Assembly (NCBI GenBank): GCA_903909375.1
Contig: CAIVVM010000049.1
Span: 16,568-80,567 of the forward strand
Reading direction: 5' to 3'
Length of the DNA: 64,000 bases
Source of the DNA: an uncultured Alphaproteobacteria bacterium
GTDB lineage: Bacteria > Pseudomonadota > Alphaproteobacteria > Caulobacterales > Caulobacteraceae
Shown: one piece after another, positions 51,115 through 60,505 of the stretch
Layout: every line of letters starts with the position of its first letter
Position numbering within the stretch: position 1 is the stretch's first letter
Made by a program: the position numbers and the translations under genes
The notes under the pieces: generated by a model
Seen by the model: only the letters and a program-made list of their open reading frames with translations
Told to the model about the DNA's origin: nothing
The model's database searches: none

Positions 51115-51870
51115 TCAGCGCTCCAGTCGGCCGTCGGAGAAGGCGGCGGTATCAAAGGTATAGAGGACGTCGGGGTCCGGCTTCGGAACGCTCTTTGCCA
51201 CTTCCGCAGGCGCCAGGGCATGCAGAAGGTGGCGCATGATCGCGGTGCGCGCCCTGGCCTTTTTGTCGGTGTGCACGATCACCCAGGGCGATTCTGCGGA
51301 ATGGGTTCGCGACAGCATCTCGTCGCGGGCCCGGGAATAGTCGTCCCACTTTTCCTGGGCCACGGCGTCCAGCGGGCTGATCTTGAGCGTCTTCAGGGGA
51401 TCTGTCTTGCGGGCCTCCAGACGGGTCGCCTGCTCCTTGCGAGAGATGTCCAGCCACAGCTTCACCATGCGCACGCCGTCGCCGATCAGCATCCGCTCGA
51501 ACACGGGCGTCTCGTCCAGGAAGACAGCCTTCTGTTCCGGCGTACAGAAGCCCATCACCGGCTCCACTCCGCCACGATTGTACCAGGAGCGGTTGAGGAT
51601 CACGAGTTCGCCGGCCGCCGGCAGGTGCGCCACATACCTCTGGAAATACCACTGGCTGCGCTCGCGCTCCGTGGGTTTGGGCAGGGCCACCACGCGGGTG
51701 TTGCGGACCGAGAGATACTCATTGATCCGCTTGATCGCTCCGTCCTTGCCCGCGGTGTCGCGACCTTCGAAGACCACCAGGTCGCGGCGCCCCTGGGCGA
51801 TGGCGTCCACCTGATATCGCACCAGGGCGACCTGCAGGGCTTCCAGTTCGTCGTCGTCGGAATTGGCCAT
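51115..51870 (-). CDS. ppk2: Polyphosphate kinase 2 (single domain)
   Basis: FEGRDTAGKDG, QWYFQRY, NRSWYNR and K..ARTAIMRH; start at MANSDD. Confidence 0.93.
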   Translation of the reverse strand: MANSDDDELEALQVALVRYQVDAIAQGRRDLVVFEGRDTAGKDGAIKRINEYLSVRNTRVVALPKPTERERSQWYFQRYVAHLPAAGELVILNRSWYNRGGVEPVMGFCTPEQKAVFLDETPVFERMLIGDGVRMVKLWLDISRKEQATRLEARKTDPLKTLKISPLDAVAQEKWDDYSRARDEMLSRTHSAESPWVIVHTDKKARARTAIMRHLLHALAPAEVAKSVPKPDPDVLYTFDTAAFSDGRLER

Positions 51871-51930
51871 GGCCCATTTAGACGCCTCGGAGTGATTTCG
51901 CCCAGCCCCAACCGTTGGTAGGGATGCGGG

Positions 51931-52644
51931 ATGATCCGTCTCTATGTGCCGCATGATCTGGCGCCGGGCGCCCAGCTCACCCTTGATGAGGGCCAGAGCC
52001 GCTATCTGTCGGCTGTTATGCGCCAGACGGTGGGCGACACGCTTGCGGTGTTCAACGGTCGCGACGGTGAGTGGCGGGCTTCCGTCGCCACGGTGGGCAA
52101 GCGGGCGGTCACGCTCACGGCGCTCTCCTGCGCGCGGCCTCAGGACGTGGGGCCCGACCTCGATCTGATGATCGCCCTGGTCAAGCGCGGCCGGCTGGAA
52201 ACCATCATCGAAAAGGCCGCGGAGCTGGGCGCGCGTCGCGTACGTCTGGTGACCACCGAACGCACCAACGCCGACCACATCCGCGTCGAGCGCCTGCGCG
52301 CCATCGCCATGGAAGCCGCCGAACAGACCGGGCGGCTGGATGTTCCGCAGATTGCAGAGCCCGTGAAGCTTGATCGCCTGCTGGCCGACTGGGACCCCGC
52401 GCGACGCCTGCTGTTCTGCGACGAGGCGGGGGATGCGCCAACCGTGCTGGAGGCTGTCACCACGCCCGGCCCCTGGGCCATACTGATTGGACCGGAGGGG
52501 GGCTTCTCCCCGGGTGAGCGTGACCGGCTGCGGGCCTTGCCCTACGCCGCCGCCACCACCCTGGGCCCCAGGATCCTCCGCGCCGATACCGCCGCCATCA
52601 GCGCACTGACGCTCTGGCAGGCGGCGGTGGGAGATTGGCGCTAG
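51931..52644 (+). CDS. rsmE: 16S rRNA m3U1498 methyltransferase RsmE
   Basis: FNGRDGEW, IEKAAELG, EAAEQ, IGPEGGFS and LGPRILRADTA. Confidence 0.95.
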   Translation: MIRLYVPHDLAPGAQLTLDEGQSRYLSAVMRQTVGDTLAVFNGRDGEWRASVATVGKRAVTLTALSCARPQDVGPDLDLMIALVKRGRLETIIEKAAELGARRVRLVTTERTNADHIRVERLRAIAMEAAEQTGRLDVPQIAEPVKLDRLLADWDPARRLLFCDEAGDAPTVLEAVTTPGPWAILIGPEGGFSPGERDRLRALPYAAATTLGPRILRADTAAISALTLWQAAVGDWR

Positions 52645-53087
52645 TCTTCCCCGAACACACTGTCCTCGGGCGCATCGGTAGGGCTTTCGAATTCCAGCCG
52701 GTAGCCGTCGGGGTCGTCGAAGCCGGCCAGCCACATGCCATTGCCCACTTCCGGCGGCGGGGCGTCAAGGCCGCGTGCGGTCGCTTCGGTCCAGACGACC
52801 GTAGCGTCCTCGCACGGGAAATAGATCGTCACCCCTTCGCCCACCGGACCGGCGGCGACCCAGGCGTCCTGGCCCTTGGGTTTGAACTGCTGGAGCCGGA
52901 GCGTCGCTCCGCCCAGCTTCAGGCTGCACCAGCGCAGCACGCCTCGGTCATCCCAGCGCTTGTCGATCTCGAAGCCGAGACCCTCTACGTAGAAGGCCAG
53001 CGAGGCCTTCATGTCCCGGACCCTGAAGTACGGGACGGCCTCCTTCACGTTCGCGGCGGCCATCATGTCTCCAGACTGTCGTTGCAA
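52641..53087 (-). CDS. VOC family protein (glyoxalase/bleomycin resistance)
   Basis: PYFRVRDMKASLAFYVEGLGF and DPDGYRLEF. Confidence 0.85.
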   Translation of the reverse strand: MQRQSGDMMAAANVKEAVPYFRVRDMKASLAFYVEGLGFEIDKRWDDRGVLRWCSLKLGGATLRLQQFKPKGQDAWVAAGPVGEGVTIYFPCEDATVVWTEATARGLDAPPPEVGNGMWLAGFDDPDGYRLEFESPTDAPEDSVFGED

Positions 53088-53207
53088 AGACCCTATAGCC
53101 CGCTCTTGAGCTTCACGGAATTGCGCCCACCTAACCTAACAGCGTAAAGACGCGACCGCGTGAGCCTCTTTGAGTGTTGTCGCGTTATCTCGGGGGAGGA
53201 TTTACGA

Positions 53208-54563
53208 ATGGCCGACGTGGTAAGCGACGATCGCCCCCTTGTCTTTGAAGACCTGGTGGGCTGGATGGCCGAGGGCGGAAAGCCCGCCAGCGCCTGGCGC
53301 GTAGGCGCCGAGCACGAGAAGTTCGTCTACCGCCTGGCCGACAATTCGCCGGTGGCCTACGAGCCCCGCGGCATCAAGGCGCTGCTGGACGGCCTCACCC
53401 GCTTCGGCTGGACGCCGTTGATGGAAGGCGAGAACGTCATCGCCCTGGAACGTGGGCTTGCCAATGTCAGCCTGGAGCCGGGCGGTCAGTTCGAGCTATC
53501 GGGTGCGCCGCTGGAGACCGTCCACGACATCTGCGAGGAGACCGGCAACCACCTGGCCGAGGTCAAACAGGTGGCCGACGAACTTGGCCTCGGGTTCCTG
53601 GGGCTGGGCTACAGCCCGATCTGGCGGCGCGACCAGGTGCCGGTGATGCCCAAGGGCCGTTACAAGATCATGCGCGAATACATGCCCAAGGTGGGCAATC
53701 TCGGCCTCGACATGATGTTCCGCACCTGCACCGTGCAGGCCAACCTCGACTTTGCCGACGAGGCCGACATGGTGGCCAAGTTCCGCACCTCGCTGGCGCT
53801 GCAGCCGATCTGCACGGCGCTGTTCGCCAACTCGCCGTTCATCGAAGGCAAGCCGTCAGGCTTTGTTTCGGCCCGGGCCAACGTCTGGACCGACACCGAT
53901 CCCGATCGAACCGGTATGCTGGATTTCGTGTTCCGGGACGGGTTCAATTTCGAGGCCTACGCCCGCTATGCGCTGAAGGTGCCCATGTATTTCGTCAAGC
54001 GCGGCGATCGCTACATCGACGTAGCCGGGCGCTCCTTCGTGGACTTCATGGAGGGCAAGCTGCCGGAGTTGCCGGGAGAGCGGCCCACCATCAAGGACTG
54101 GGCCGACCACATGACCACCATCTTCCCGGAGGTGCGGCTCAAGAAGTACCTGGAGATGCGCGGCGCCGACGCAGGACCCTGGAGCCGTCTCTGCGCCCTG
54201 CCGGCGCTGTGGATGGGGATTTTCTACGATGCGCCCGCGCTGGCGGCGGCCTGGGACCTCTGCAAGGACTGGAACATCGAGGACCATGAGCGCCTGCGCG
54301 CCGACGTGGCCCGGGTGGGCCTGAAGGCGCAGATCGCCGGGCGCAGCGTGCAGGACGTGGCGAAGGATATGCTGGCCATCTCGCGCTCGGGCCTGAAGAA
54401 CCGCAACCGCCTGTCCGGCGGCATGGTGGACGAGACCGGCTACCTATCCGAACTGGACCAGATCGCCGAGAGCGGGATCACGCCTGCCGAGCGTCTGCTG
54501 GAGCTCTACAACACCCGCTGGGAAGGCGACGCCAGCCGCGTGTTTGCGGACTTCGCCTACTAG
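53208..54563 (+). CDS. gshA: Glutamate-cysteine ligase (plant/alphaproteobacterial type)
   Basis: VGAEHEKF, SLEPGGQFELSG, MFRTCTVQANLD, FPEVRLKKYLEMRGAD. Confidence 0.95.
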   Translation: MADVVSDDRPLVFEDLVGWMAEGGKPASAWRVGAEHEKFVYRLADNSPVAYEPRGIKALLDGLTRFGWTPLMEGENVIALERGLANVSLEPGGQFELSGAPLETVHDICEETGNHLAEVKQVADELGLGFLGLGYSPIWRRDQVPVMPKGRYKIMREYMPKVGNLGLDMMFRTCTVQANLDFADEADMVAKFRTSLALQPICTALFANSPFIEGKPSGFVSARANVWTDTDPDRTGMLDFVFRDGFNFEAYARYALKVPMYFVKRGDRYIDVAGRSFVDFMEGKLPELPGERPTIKDWADHMTTIFPEVRLKKYLEMRGADAGPWSRLCALPALWMGIFYDAPALAAAWDLCKDWNIEDHERLRADVARVGLKAQIAGRSVQDVAKDMLAISRSGLKNRNRLSGGMVDETGYLSELDQIAESGITPAERLLELYNTRWEGDASRVFADFAY

Positions 54564-54739
54564 GGCGGTGTGAAGGTAGGCGAATTCCATCTAGTACCAA
54601 ATGGAGATGGTGTTTCCGTATTTCTCGATATCCAGAGTGAAATGATCTCCACTTCCGGTACTTTCCTGGAAACTTCAGCAGAGATTTTCTCACGCTGAGC
54701 CGCCATCCTGTCATCCTGTTCAGGACCACAGGCGGCCCC

Positions 54740-54994
54740 ATGCTCAAGGCGTTCACACAGCACCCCGAGACGGTCGGCGAGACCTATTTCGAGCATCTGG
54801 TTTCGGCGAGCGGCTATGCGGCGACGATGGCCGCCGGCGCCGTGGCCTGCCTGCTGCACGGCATCTTCCCGTTCGCGTTTCAGGCCTCGGGCAGCCGGCG
54901 CATTCGCGAACTGCACCACCGGATGGTGACGCATCGCACCGCCGGCAAGACCCGGCTGGAGCCGGGCCTAACGGGCTGGTGTCCCGAGATCTGA
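54740..54994 (+). CDS. Small conserved protein (DUF6356-like)
   Basis: FTQHPETVGETYFEH and ACLLHGIFPFAF...S..I..L match the DUF6356 pattern as I recall it. Confidence 0.75.
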   Translation: MLKAFTQHPETVGETYFEHLVSASGYAATMAAGAVACLLHGIFPFAFQASGSRRIRELHHRMVTHRTAGKTRLEPGLTGWCPEI

Positions 54995-55001
54995 GGTCTC
55001 G

Positions 55002-57119
55002 CTACCAGATGTTCACGCGCTGCTCCGGCGGGATGTAGAGCTTGTCGCCGGGCTTGATATCCCAGGCGTCGTACCAGGCCTGGATGTTTCGAATTGGGCC
55101 CATCACCCGGTAGAACGACGGCGCGTGCGGACCGGTGGCGATCTGACGGCGGGTGAAGTCCTCCCGGGCCTTCTCGCGCCAGGCCTGGGCGTAACCCAGG
55201 AACACCCGCTGTTCGCCGGTGAACCCGTCGATCACGGGCGCCGGGGCGCCCTTCAACGAGGCGTGATAGGCGTCCAGCGCCAGCTTCAGTCCACCCAGGT
55301 CGGCGATGTTCTCACCGAGGCTCAGGGCGCCCTGCACCTTCACGCCGGGAAAAGGCTCAAAGGCGTCAAACTGTGCGGTCAGGCGCCCTGCCTGCGCCTT
55401 GAACTTGGCGTCATCCTCAGCCTGCCACCAGTCGGTCAGCACGCCGCGGGCATCGGCCTTGCGGCCCTGATCGTCGAAGCCATGGGTGATCTCGTGGCCG
55501 ATAACTGCGCCGACCGCGCCGTAGTTCACCGCCGGGTCCGCGTCCGGATCAAAGAACGGGGGCTGCAGGAACGCGGCGGGGAAGGCGATCTCGATGTTGA
55601 ACAGGTGATAGTAGGCGTTGACGGTCTGCGGGGTCATGCCCCATTCGGCCCGGTCTACCGGCTTGTCAAAGCGTGCGACTTCGCGCCGCCACTGGAAGAC
55701 GCTGGATCGCATGACGTTGCCGTAGAGGTCGTCCGGCTTCATCTCCAGCGCGGAATAGTCCAGCCACTGGTCCGGATAGCCGATCTTCAGACCCAGGCGG
55801 TCCAGCTTTTCCAGCGCCTTGGCCTTGGTGGCGGGGCCCATCCACGCCAGGTTCTCGATCCGGCCGCGCATGGCGCTGCGGACGTTTGTCACCAATTCCA
55901 GGGCCTTGGCCTTGGTCTCCGGCGGGAAGTAGCGGGCGACATAGACCTTGCCGACAGACTCGCCGAGTGCGCCGTCCATCCAGCGTGCGGCCCGCTTCCA
56001 GCGCGGCGCCAATTCCTTCTGACCGGCCAGTTCCTTGCCCTGGAATTCAAACCGCGCGTCGACGAACCGCTTGGAGAGGTAGGGCGCGGCGCCATCGGTC
56101 AGGTGGAAGGCCTGCCAGGCCTTCAGCGTGTCCACCGGCGTGGCCGCATAGATCGCGGTGATCTTCGGGAAGGCCGGCTTGGTCCAGACAATGATCTTGT
56201 CGGCTTTCGGCAGGTCCGCGGCCGCCAGATAGGACTTCCAGTCGAAGTCGGGCGTATAGGCGGCCAGCTCGGCCAGGGTCATCGGATTGTAGGTCTTGTC
56301 CCGGTCTCGCTGCTCGACGCGGGTCATGCTGACCTCGGCCATTTTCGTCTCGAAAGCGACGATGGCCCTGGCGTTCTCGGCCGGCTTATCCCAACCGATC
56401 ATCGTCAGCATCCGGGCGATATAGGCCTCGTACTTGACCTTCTTGTCGGCGAAGCTGGCCTGCAGGTAGTAGTCGCGGTCAGGCAGGCCCAGCCCCGAAT
56501 TCGACGTCAGCAGCACGTAGCGGTCCGGCGCCTTGGCATCGAGGAAGATCTGCACCGGCAGGACCGAGCTAAATCCCGTGGTGTTCGACTTCGCCATCAG
56601 GGCGGTGAAGTCGGCCCTGGTCTTGACCTTGCGGATCATCGCCAGCTCCGGCGCCAACGGCCTGGCGTCCAGGGCTTCGACGCGGGCTTCATCCATGAAA
56701 GCACCGTAGGCAGCGGCGATCCTGGCCGCGTCGGGGTGGTCCAGTTTGCCGGCGGCGGCGTCTTCCAGAATGGCGCGGACGCGCGCCTCCGACAGGGCCT
56801 GCAGGGTGTCGCCAGACCCATACCGGACGCGGTCGGCGGGGATTTCCGTGCGCTCGGCCCATTTGCCGTTGACGAACCTGTAGAAGTCATCGCCGGGCTT
56901 CACCGAGCGATCCATCCCGCTGAGGTCAAAACCCCAGGTTCCGAATTTCGGTGAGACGAGCGACTCGGCGGTCGCGCCGCCCGCCGGGGTGGCAGCCGCC
57001 GCGGCCTGCGCGTCGGCGGCATGGTCGTGCGCGTCATGCGCCCGGGCTGCGCCTGTCGAAAGGGCCAATAGCGCGGCGGCGCTGGTCGCCATCAGGCGGG
57101 TGCGGAACATCTGGGCCAT
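55002..57119 (-). CDS. M13 family zinc metallopeptidase (neprilysin/PepO-like), secreted
   Basis: VNAYY, GHEITHGFD and GENIAD; signal peptide followed by a His-rich stretch. Confidence 0.95.
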   Translation of the reverse strand: MAQMFRTRLMATSAAALLALSTGAARAHDAHDHAADAQAAAAATPAGGATAESLVSPKFGTWGFDLSGMDRSVKPGDDFYRFVNGKWAERTEIPADRVRYGSGDTLQALSEARVRAILEDAAAGKLDHPDAARIAAAYGAFMDEARVEALDARPLAPELAMIRKVKTRADFTALMAKSNTTGFSSVLPVQIFLDAKAPDRYVLLTSNSGLGLPDRDYYLQASFADKKVKYEAYIARMLTMIGWDKPAENARAIVAFETKMAEVSMTRVEQRDRDKTYNPMTLAELAAYTPDFDWKSYLAAADLPKADKIIVWTKPAFPKITAIYAATPVDTLKAWQAFHLTDGAAPYLSKRFVDARFEFQGKELAGQKELAPRWKRAARWMDGALGESVGKVYVARYFPPETKAKALELVTNVRSAMRGRIENLAWMGPATKAKALEKLDRLGLKIGYPDQWLDYSALEMKPDDLYGNVMRSSVFQWRREVARFDKPVDRAEWGMTPQTVNAYYHLFNIEIAFPAAFLQPPFFDPDADPAVNYGAVGAVIGHEITHGFDDQGRKADARGVLTDWWQAEDDAKFKAQAGRLTAQFDAFEPFPGVKVQGALSLGENIADLGGLKLALDAYHASLKGAPAPVIDGFTGEQRVFLGYAQAWREKAREDFTRRQIATGPHAPSFYRVMGPIRNIQAWYDAWDIKPGDKLYIPPEQRVNIW

Positions 57120-57275
57120 AGGTCTTCTCATTGAGGTCGCAGCGAATATGATTCCGGCGTCACCGCGAATTAAGACAAATCTGCGGCTTTACCAGTCCAG
57201 CGTGCATTACAGTTCTGTCAGACTTGACCTATCAGACTGCGCCGGTGATGGGTCAGGCGATCGGGGGAGATCAAT

Positions 57276-57785
57276 ATGGTCCGGTTTTTCGTTGCGCTTT
57301 TCGCCTTGGCTTTGGCCCTGCCTGCGGCTGCCGCCCAGCCGCCGCGCGTCAGCATCAGCGACTACGGCCAGCTCAAGACCCCCTTGCCCTATCCTTATGA
57401 TGAGGCCGCCAACGCTTCGGCCCAGACGGACAAGGCCCTGGCGAAGGCCAAGGCGGGCAAGAAGCTTTTGATGATCAAGATGGGCGGAAACTGGTGCGGC
57501 GATTGCCGGATCCTGCAGGCCACCATGGATCTGCCCGAGATGAAAGCCTTCCTGGGCCGCCACTACGAGATGATCAGCATTGATGTGGGCCGCATGGACA
57601 AGAACCTGCAGGTGCCCGCCCGCTTCGGCGTGAAGGACAAGCTGGAAGGCGTGCCGGCGATCCTGATCGTCGACCCGGCCAGCGGCAAGCAACTGGTCGC
57701 GCGCGCCGACGTGGCCGCCCTGGCCGACGCGCGCCACATGACCCCCCAGGCGCTGGCCAACTGGCTGGCTAAATACACGCGGTAG
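57276..57785 (+). CDS. Secreted thioredoxin family protein
   Basis: Signal peptide, GGNWCGDCR and GVPAILIVD; GGAGA RBS. Confidence 0.85.
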   Translation: MVRFFVALFALALALPAAAAQPPRVSISDYGQLKTPLPYPYDEAANASAQTDKALAKAKAGKKLLMIKMGGNWCGDCRILQATMDLPEMKAFLGRHYEMISIDVGRMDKNLQVPARFGVKDKLEGVPAILIVDPASGKQLVARADVAALADARHMTPQALANWLAKYTR

Positions 57786-57791
57786 GAAACA

Positions 57792-58286
57792 ATGAGCGAT
57801 TCTCAGTTGCAGCGCGTCACCACCCTGCACTGGGGGGTGAAGACAAGCTTCCGGGGCTACGTGGCGATGATGGGCGGGGTGACCGAGGTCGGCGGCGGCG
57901 CCGAACTCGCCACAGACGGTGGCTTCACCTTTGCCGCTGCTCCGGACAGCGACCTTGCGGTGGCTGCGGATGGGTCACTGACCGGCCAGGGTCGGTTCCT
58001 GGGCGAGGTGCGGTTCGAGGCGCACGGCGGCATGCTGAAGGTGTTCCTGGCCGACCCGGCCATCGAGATCACCGGGACCGGCGCGGTCCTGACGGTCGCC
58101 GACAGCGCGGCGCGGACACGTCGTGTCGAGATCGCAAGGCTCGATCTGGCCGCAATCACGGCGGGCGAGCCAGGCGAGACCTCGATACCCACCTCGCTGA
58201 CAATGGATGGGAGCTTCGTGCTCGGGGACCACTATCCCCCGACGACGGCGCTGGATCCCGCCAGGCTCACTGTCGCGGCGCGCTGA
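57792..58286 (+). CDS. HtaA domain protein (haem-binding fold)
   Basis: LHWGVKTSFRGYV, FEAHGGML and DHYPPTTALDP reproduce the three HtaA conserved-region motifs. Confidence 0.8.
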   Translation: MSDSQLQRVTTLHWGVKTSFRGYVAMMGGVTEVGGGAELATDGGFTFAAAPDSDLAVAADGSLTGQGRFLGEVRFEAHGGMLKVFLADPAIEITGTGAVLTVADSAARTRRVEIARLDLAAITAGEPGETSIPTSLTMDGSFVLGDHYPPTTALDPARLTVAAR

Positions 58287-58295
58287 TCGCCGCGC

Positions 58296-59927
58296 TCAGT
58301 CCGCCCGATACACCACCTTGCCGTCCACCACCGTCAGCACGGCCCGGCCCTTGGGGATATCGGCTTCCGGCGCGGTCATCAGGTCGACCGAGAAGGCCGA
58401 CAGGTCGGCGATCTTGCCCACCTCGATGGTCCCCAGGTCCTTTTCCGCAAAGCGGGCGTAAGCCGCCTCCGACGTGAAGAGCTTCAAGGCCTCGGCGCGG
58501 GAGAGTTTCTGTTCCGGTTGCCAGTCGGGCGCTGAGAAACCGCTGAGGTCCTTGCGGGCCACGGCGGCGTAGAACTCGATCAGCGGATCACCGCGTTCCA
58601 CCGGCGCGTCGGATCCGCCCACCACGCGGGCCCCGGCCTTCAGCATGTCCTTCCAGGCATAGGCGCCGGCCAGCCGCGCCTCGCCCAGGCGCGCGGGGGC
58701 GAAGTGCAGGTCGCCGATGGCGTGGCTGGGCTGCATCGAGGCGATCACCCCCATGGCCGCGAAGCGCGGGATGTCGGCGGGCCGCACGATCTGGGAGTGC
58801 TCGATCCGCCAGCGCAGTTTCGATGCGTCCTGCCCGGCATAGAGGTCCAGCACATTGGCGTTGCCGCGGTCGCCGATGGCGTGTGTGGCGACCTGAATGC
58901 CGGCGGCTCTGGCCTTTGCCATGGTGGCGCGCATGGTCTCGGGCGACGTTACCACCAGGCCGCTGGTGGCGGGCGCGTCGGCATAGGGGGCGAACAGCGC
59001 CGCGCCGCGGGACCCCAGAGCGCCGTCCTCGTAGAGCTTGATCGCCCGGGTGGTGATCCGTCCGGATCTGGAGGCGCGCGGTCCTGTGGCGAACAGCGGC
59101 CCGGCCTGGTCGCCGTCCACGGCATTGTACACCCGCAAGGCCGCCTTGCCCTCCTTGTCCATGGCCTCCAGCAGCGATACATCGGCCCAGTCGACGCTCA
59201 TGGAATGGACGCCGGTCCAGCCATAGGCCGCTTCCACCTTGAAGGCCGCCTCGAAGGCTGCCCGACGATCCGCCTCGGTCGGGGCGGTCCGGAGTTTGCG
59301 GATCAGACCCATGGCGTTGTCCACGAATACGCCGTTGAGGCGACCCTGGGCGTCCTTCAGGATCGCGCCGCCGTCGGGCGCCGGCGTGGCCTCGGTGATC
59401 CCGGCGGCCTTCAGCGCGGCGGTATTGGCGGTGAGCGCGTGGCCATCCGCACGCACCAGGATCACGGGCTGATCGGGCGCGATCGGATCGAGATCGTCGC
59501 GGTTGAGGAACCGGCCCTCGGGCCAGCCGGTTTCGATCCAGCCGCGTCCGAACACGGGTCCCGTCGGCTTGCGCTGCGCCAGATAGGCCTTCACGCGCGC
59601 CGTAGCCTCCGCGGCGGATTTCGAGCCTTCCAGGTTCAGGCTGAGTTCGCGCTCCCCGATCCCGCGCAGGTGGGCGTGTCCATCGGTAAAGCCCGGAAAC
59701 AGCGCTGCGCCCTTCAGGTCAATCACCTGGGTGTTCGGTCCAACTTTCGCCTGGGCGCCAGCCTTCGACCCCACATAGACGATCTTGCCGCCAGCGACCG
59801 CGACCGCGTCCACGGCTTTCGGCGCAACGCCGGTATAGACCGGCCCGCCCCAGATCATCAGGTCGGCCGGCTGGGCGGCGGCGGGGGTGGCCAGGAGGGT
59901 GGCGAGGAGGAAAAGACGGCGTTTCAT
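58296..59927 (-). CDS. Amidohydrolase 3 family (YtcJ-like), secreted
   Basis: PGFTDGHAH, IKLYEDGALGSRGA, THAIGDRG, RIEHSQ and GSDAPV. Confidence 0.9.
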   Translation of the reverse strand: MKRRLFLLATLLATPAAAQPADLMIWGGPVYTGVAPKAVDAVAVAGGKIVYVGSKAGAQAKVGPNTQVIDLKGAALFPGFTDGHAHLRGIGERELSLNLEGSKSAAEATARVKAYLAQRKPTGPVFGRGWIETGWPEGRFLNRDDLDPIAPDQPVILVRADGHALTANTAALKAAGITEATPAPDGGAILKDAQGRLNGVFVDNAMGLIRKLRTAPTEADRRAAFEAAFKVEAAYGWTGVHSMSVDWADVSLLEAMDKEGKAALRVYNAVDGDQAGPLFATGPRASRSGRITTRAIKLYEDGALGSRGAALFAPYADAPATSGLVVTSPETMRATMAKARAAGIQVATHAIGDRGNANVLDLYAGQDASKLRWRIEHSQIVRPADIPRFAAMGVIASMQPSHAIGDLHFAPARLGEARLAGAYAWKDMLKAGARVVGGSDAPVERGDPLIEFYAAVARKDLSGFSAPDWQPEQKLSRAEALKLFTSEAAYARFAEKDLGTIEVGKIADLSAFSVDLMTAPEADIPKGRAVLTVVDGKVVYRAD

Positions 59928-60051
59928 CCTGTCAGGCTAAGGCCTCCGGCACGCCACCGCCAGTCGCCAGGCGCGCAGAATTGTCGGCAAGACCGACTTG
60001 ACGCAAAAGCATGCAGGGTCTTCGAAAGCTGTCTGATCAGGAGCGCTTGCC

Positions 60052-60399
60052 GTGACACCCGACGAGATGAAAGCCATCGTGATGTCGTTCCCCGGCGCCG
60101 AGGAGGGGATGAGCTACGGCAGCCCCGCCTTCAAGGTGAACGGCAAGTTCTTCACCCGTCTGCGGCGCGACGACGCCAGCGTGGTGCTGATGGATGTCAG
60201 CGCGGACGAGCGCGACATGCTGATGGAGGCCGAACCCGGCACGTTCCACATCACGCCGCACTACAAGGACTATCCCAGCGTGCTCGCCCGCATCGAGACC
60301 CTGCACCCCGGCTCATTCAGGAATTTCCTGGAGCGGCGGTTCCGGAAGGTGGCGAAGAAGAGCGTGGTGAAGGCGTGGGAGGCGGAGCGGGCGAGCTGA
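60052..60399 (+). CDS. MmcQ/YjbR family DNA-binding protein
   Basis: FPGAEE..SYGSPAFKVNGKFF and FHITPHY..YP. Confidence 0.85.
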   Translation: MTPDEMKAIVMSFPGAEEGMSYGSPAFKVNGKFFTRLRRDDASVVLMDVSADERDMLMEAEPGTFHITPHYKDYPSVLARIETLHPGSFRNFLERRFRKVAKKSVVKAWEAERAS

Positions 60400-60457
60400 A
60401 GGATAGAAGCCGACGCTTGGGGCCAGCAAGTAGAGCGGCGGCCCCCGCGCACGAAAA

Positions 60458-60483
60458 CGCCGCCGATCCTGCGACCGGCGGCG
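60458..60483. terminator. GC-rich hairpin between convergent genes (possible terminator)
   Basis: CGCCGCCG (60458-60465) / CGGCGGCG (60476-60483). On the minus strand it is followed by TTTT (AAAA at 60454-60457). Confidence 0.45.
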
Positions 60484-60505
60484 CATGTGCGTCGGGCTTC
60501 TGGGG

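Noticed and set aside
54560-54934. Minus-strand 124-aa ORF as a possible Lrp regulator partner
   Set aside because: No HTH or Lrp motifs; it is mostly antisense to the DUF6356-like gene.
55125-56954. Long antisense ORFs (this one and, for example, 43495-45765, 18158-19894, 25885-27324, 58704-60623)
   Set aside because: These are shadow ORFs typical of high-GC codon bias opposite well-supported genes; they have no domain motifs.
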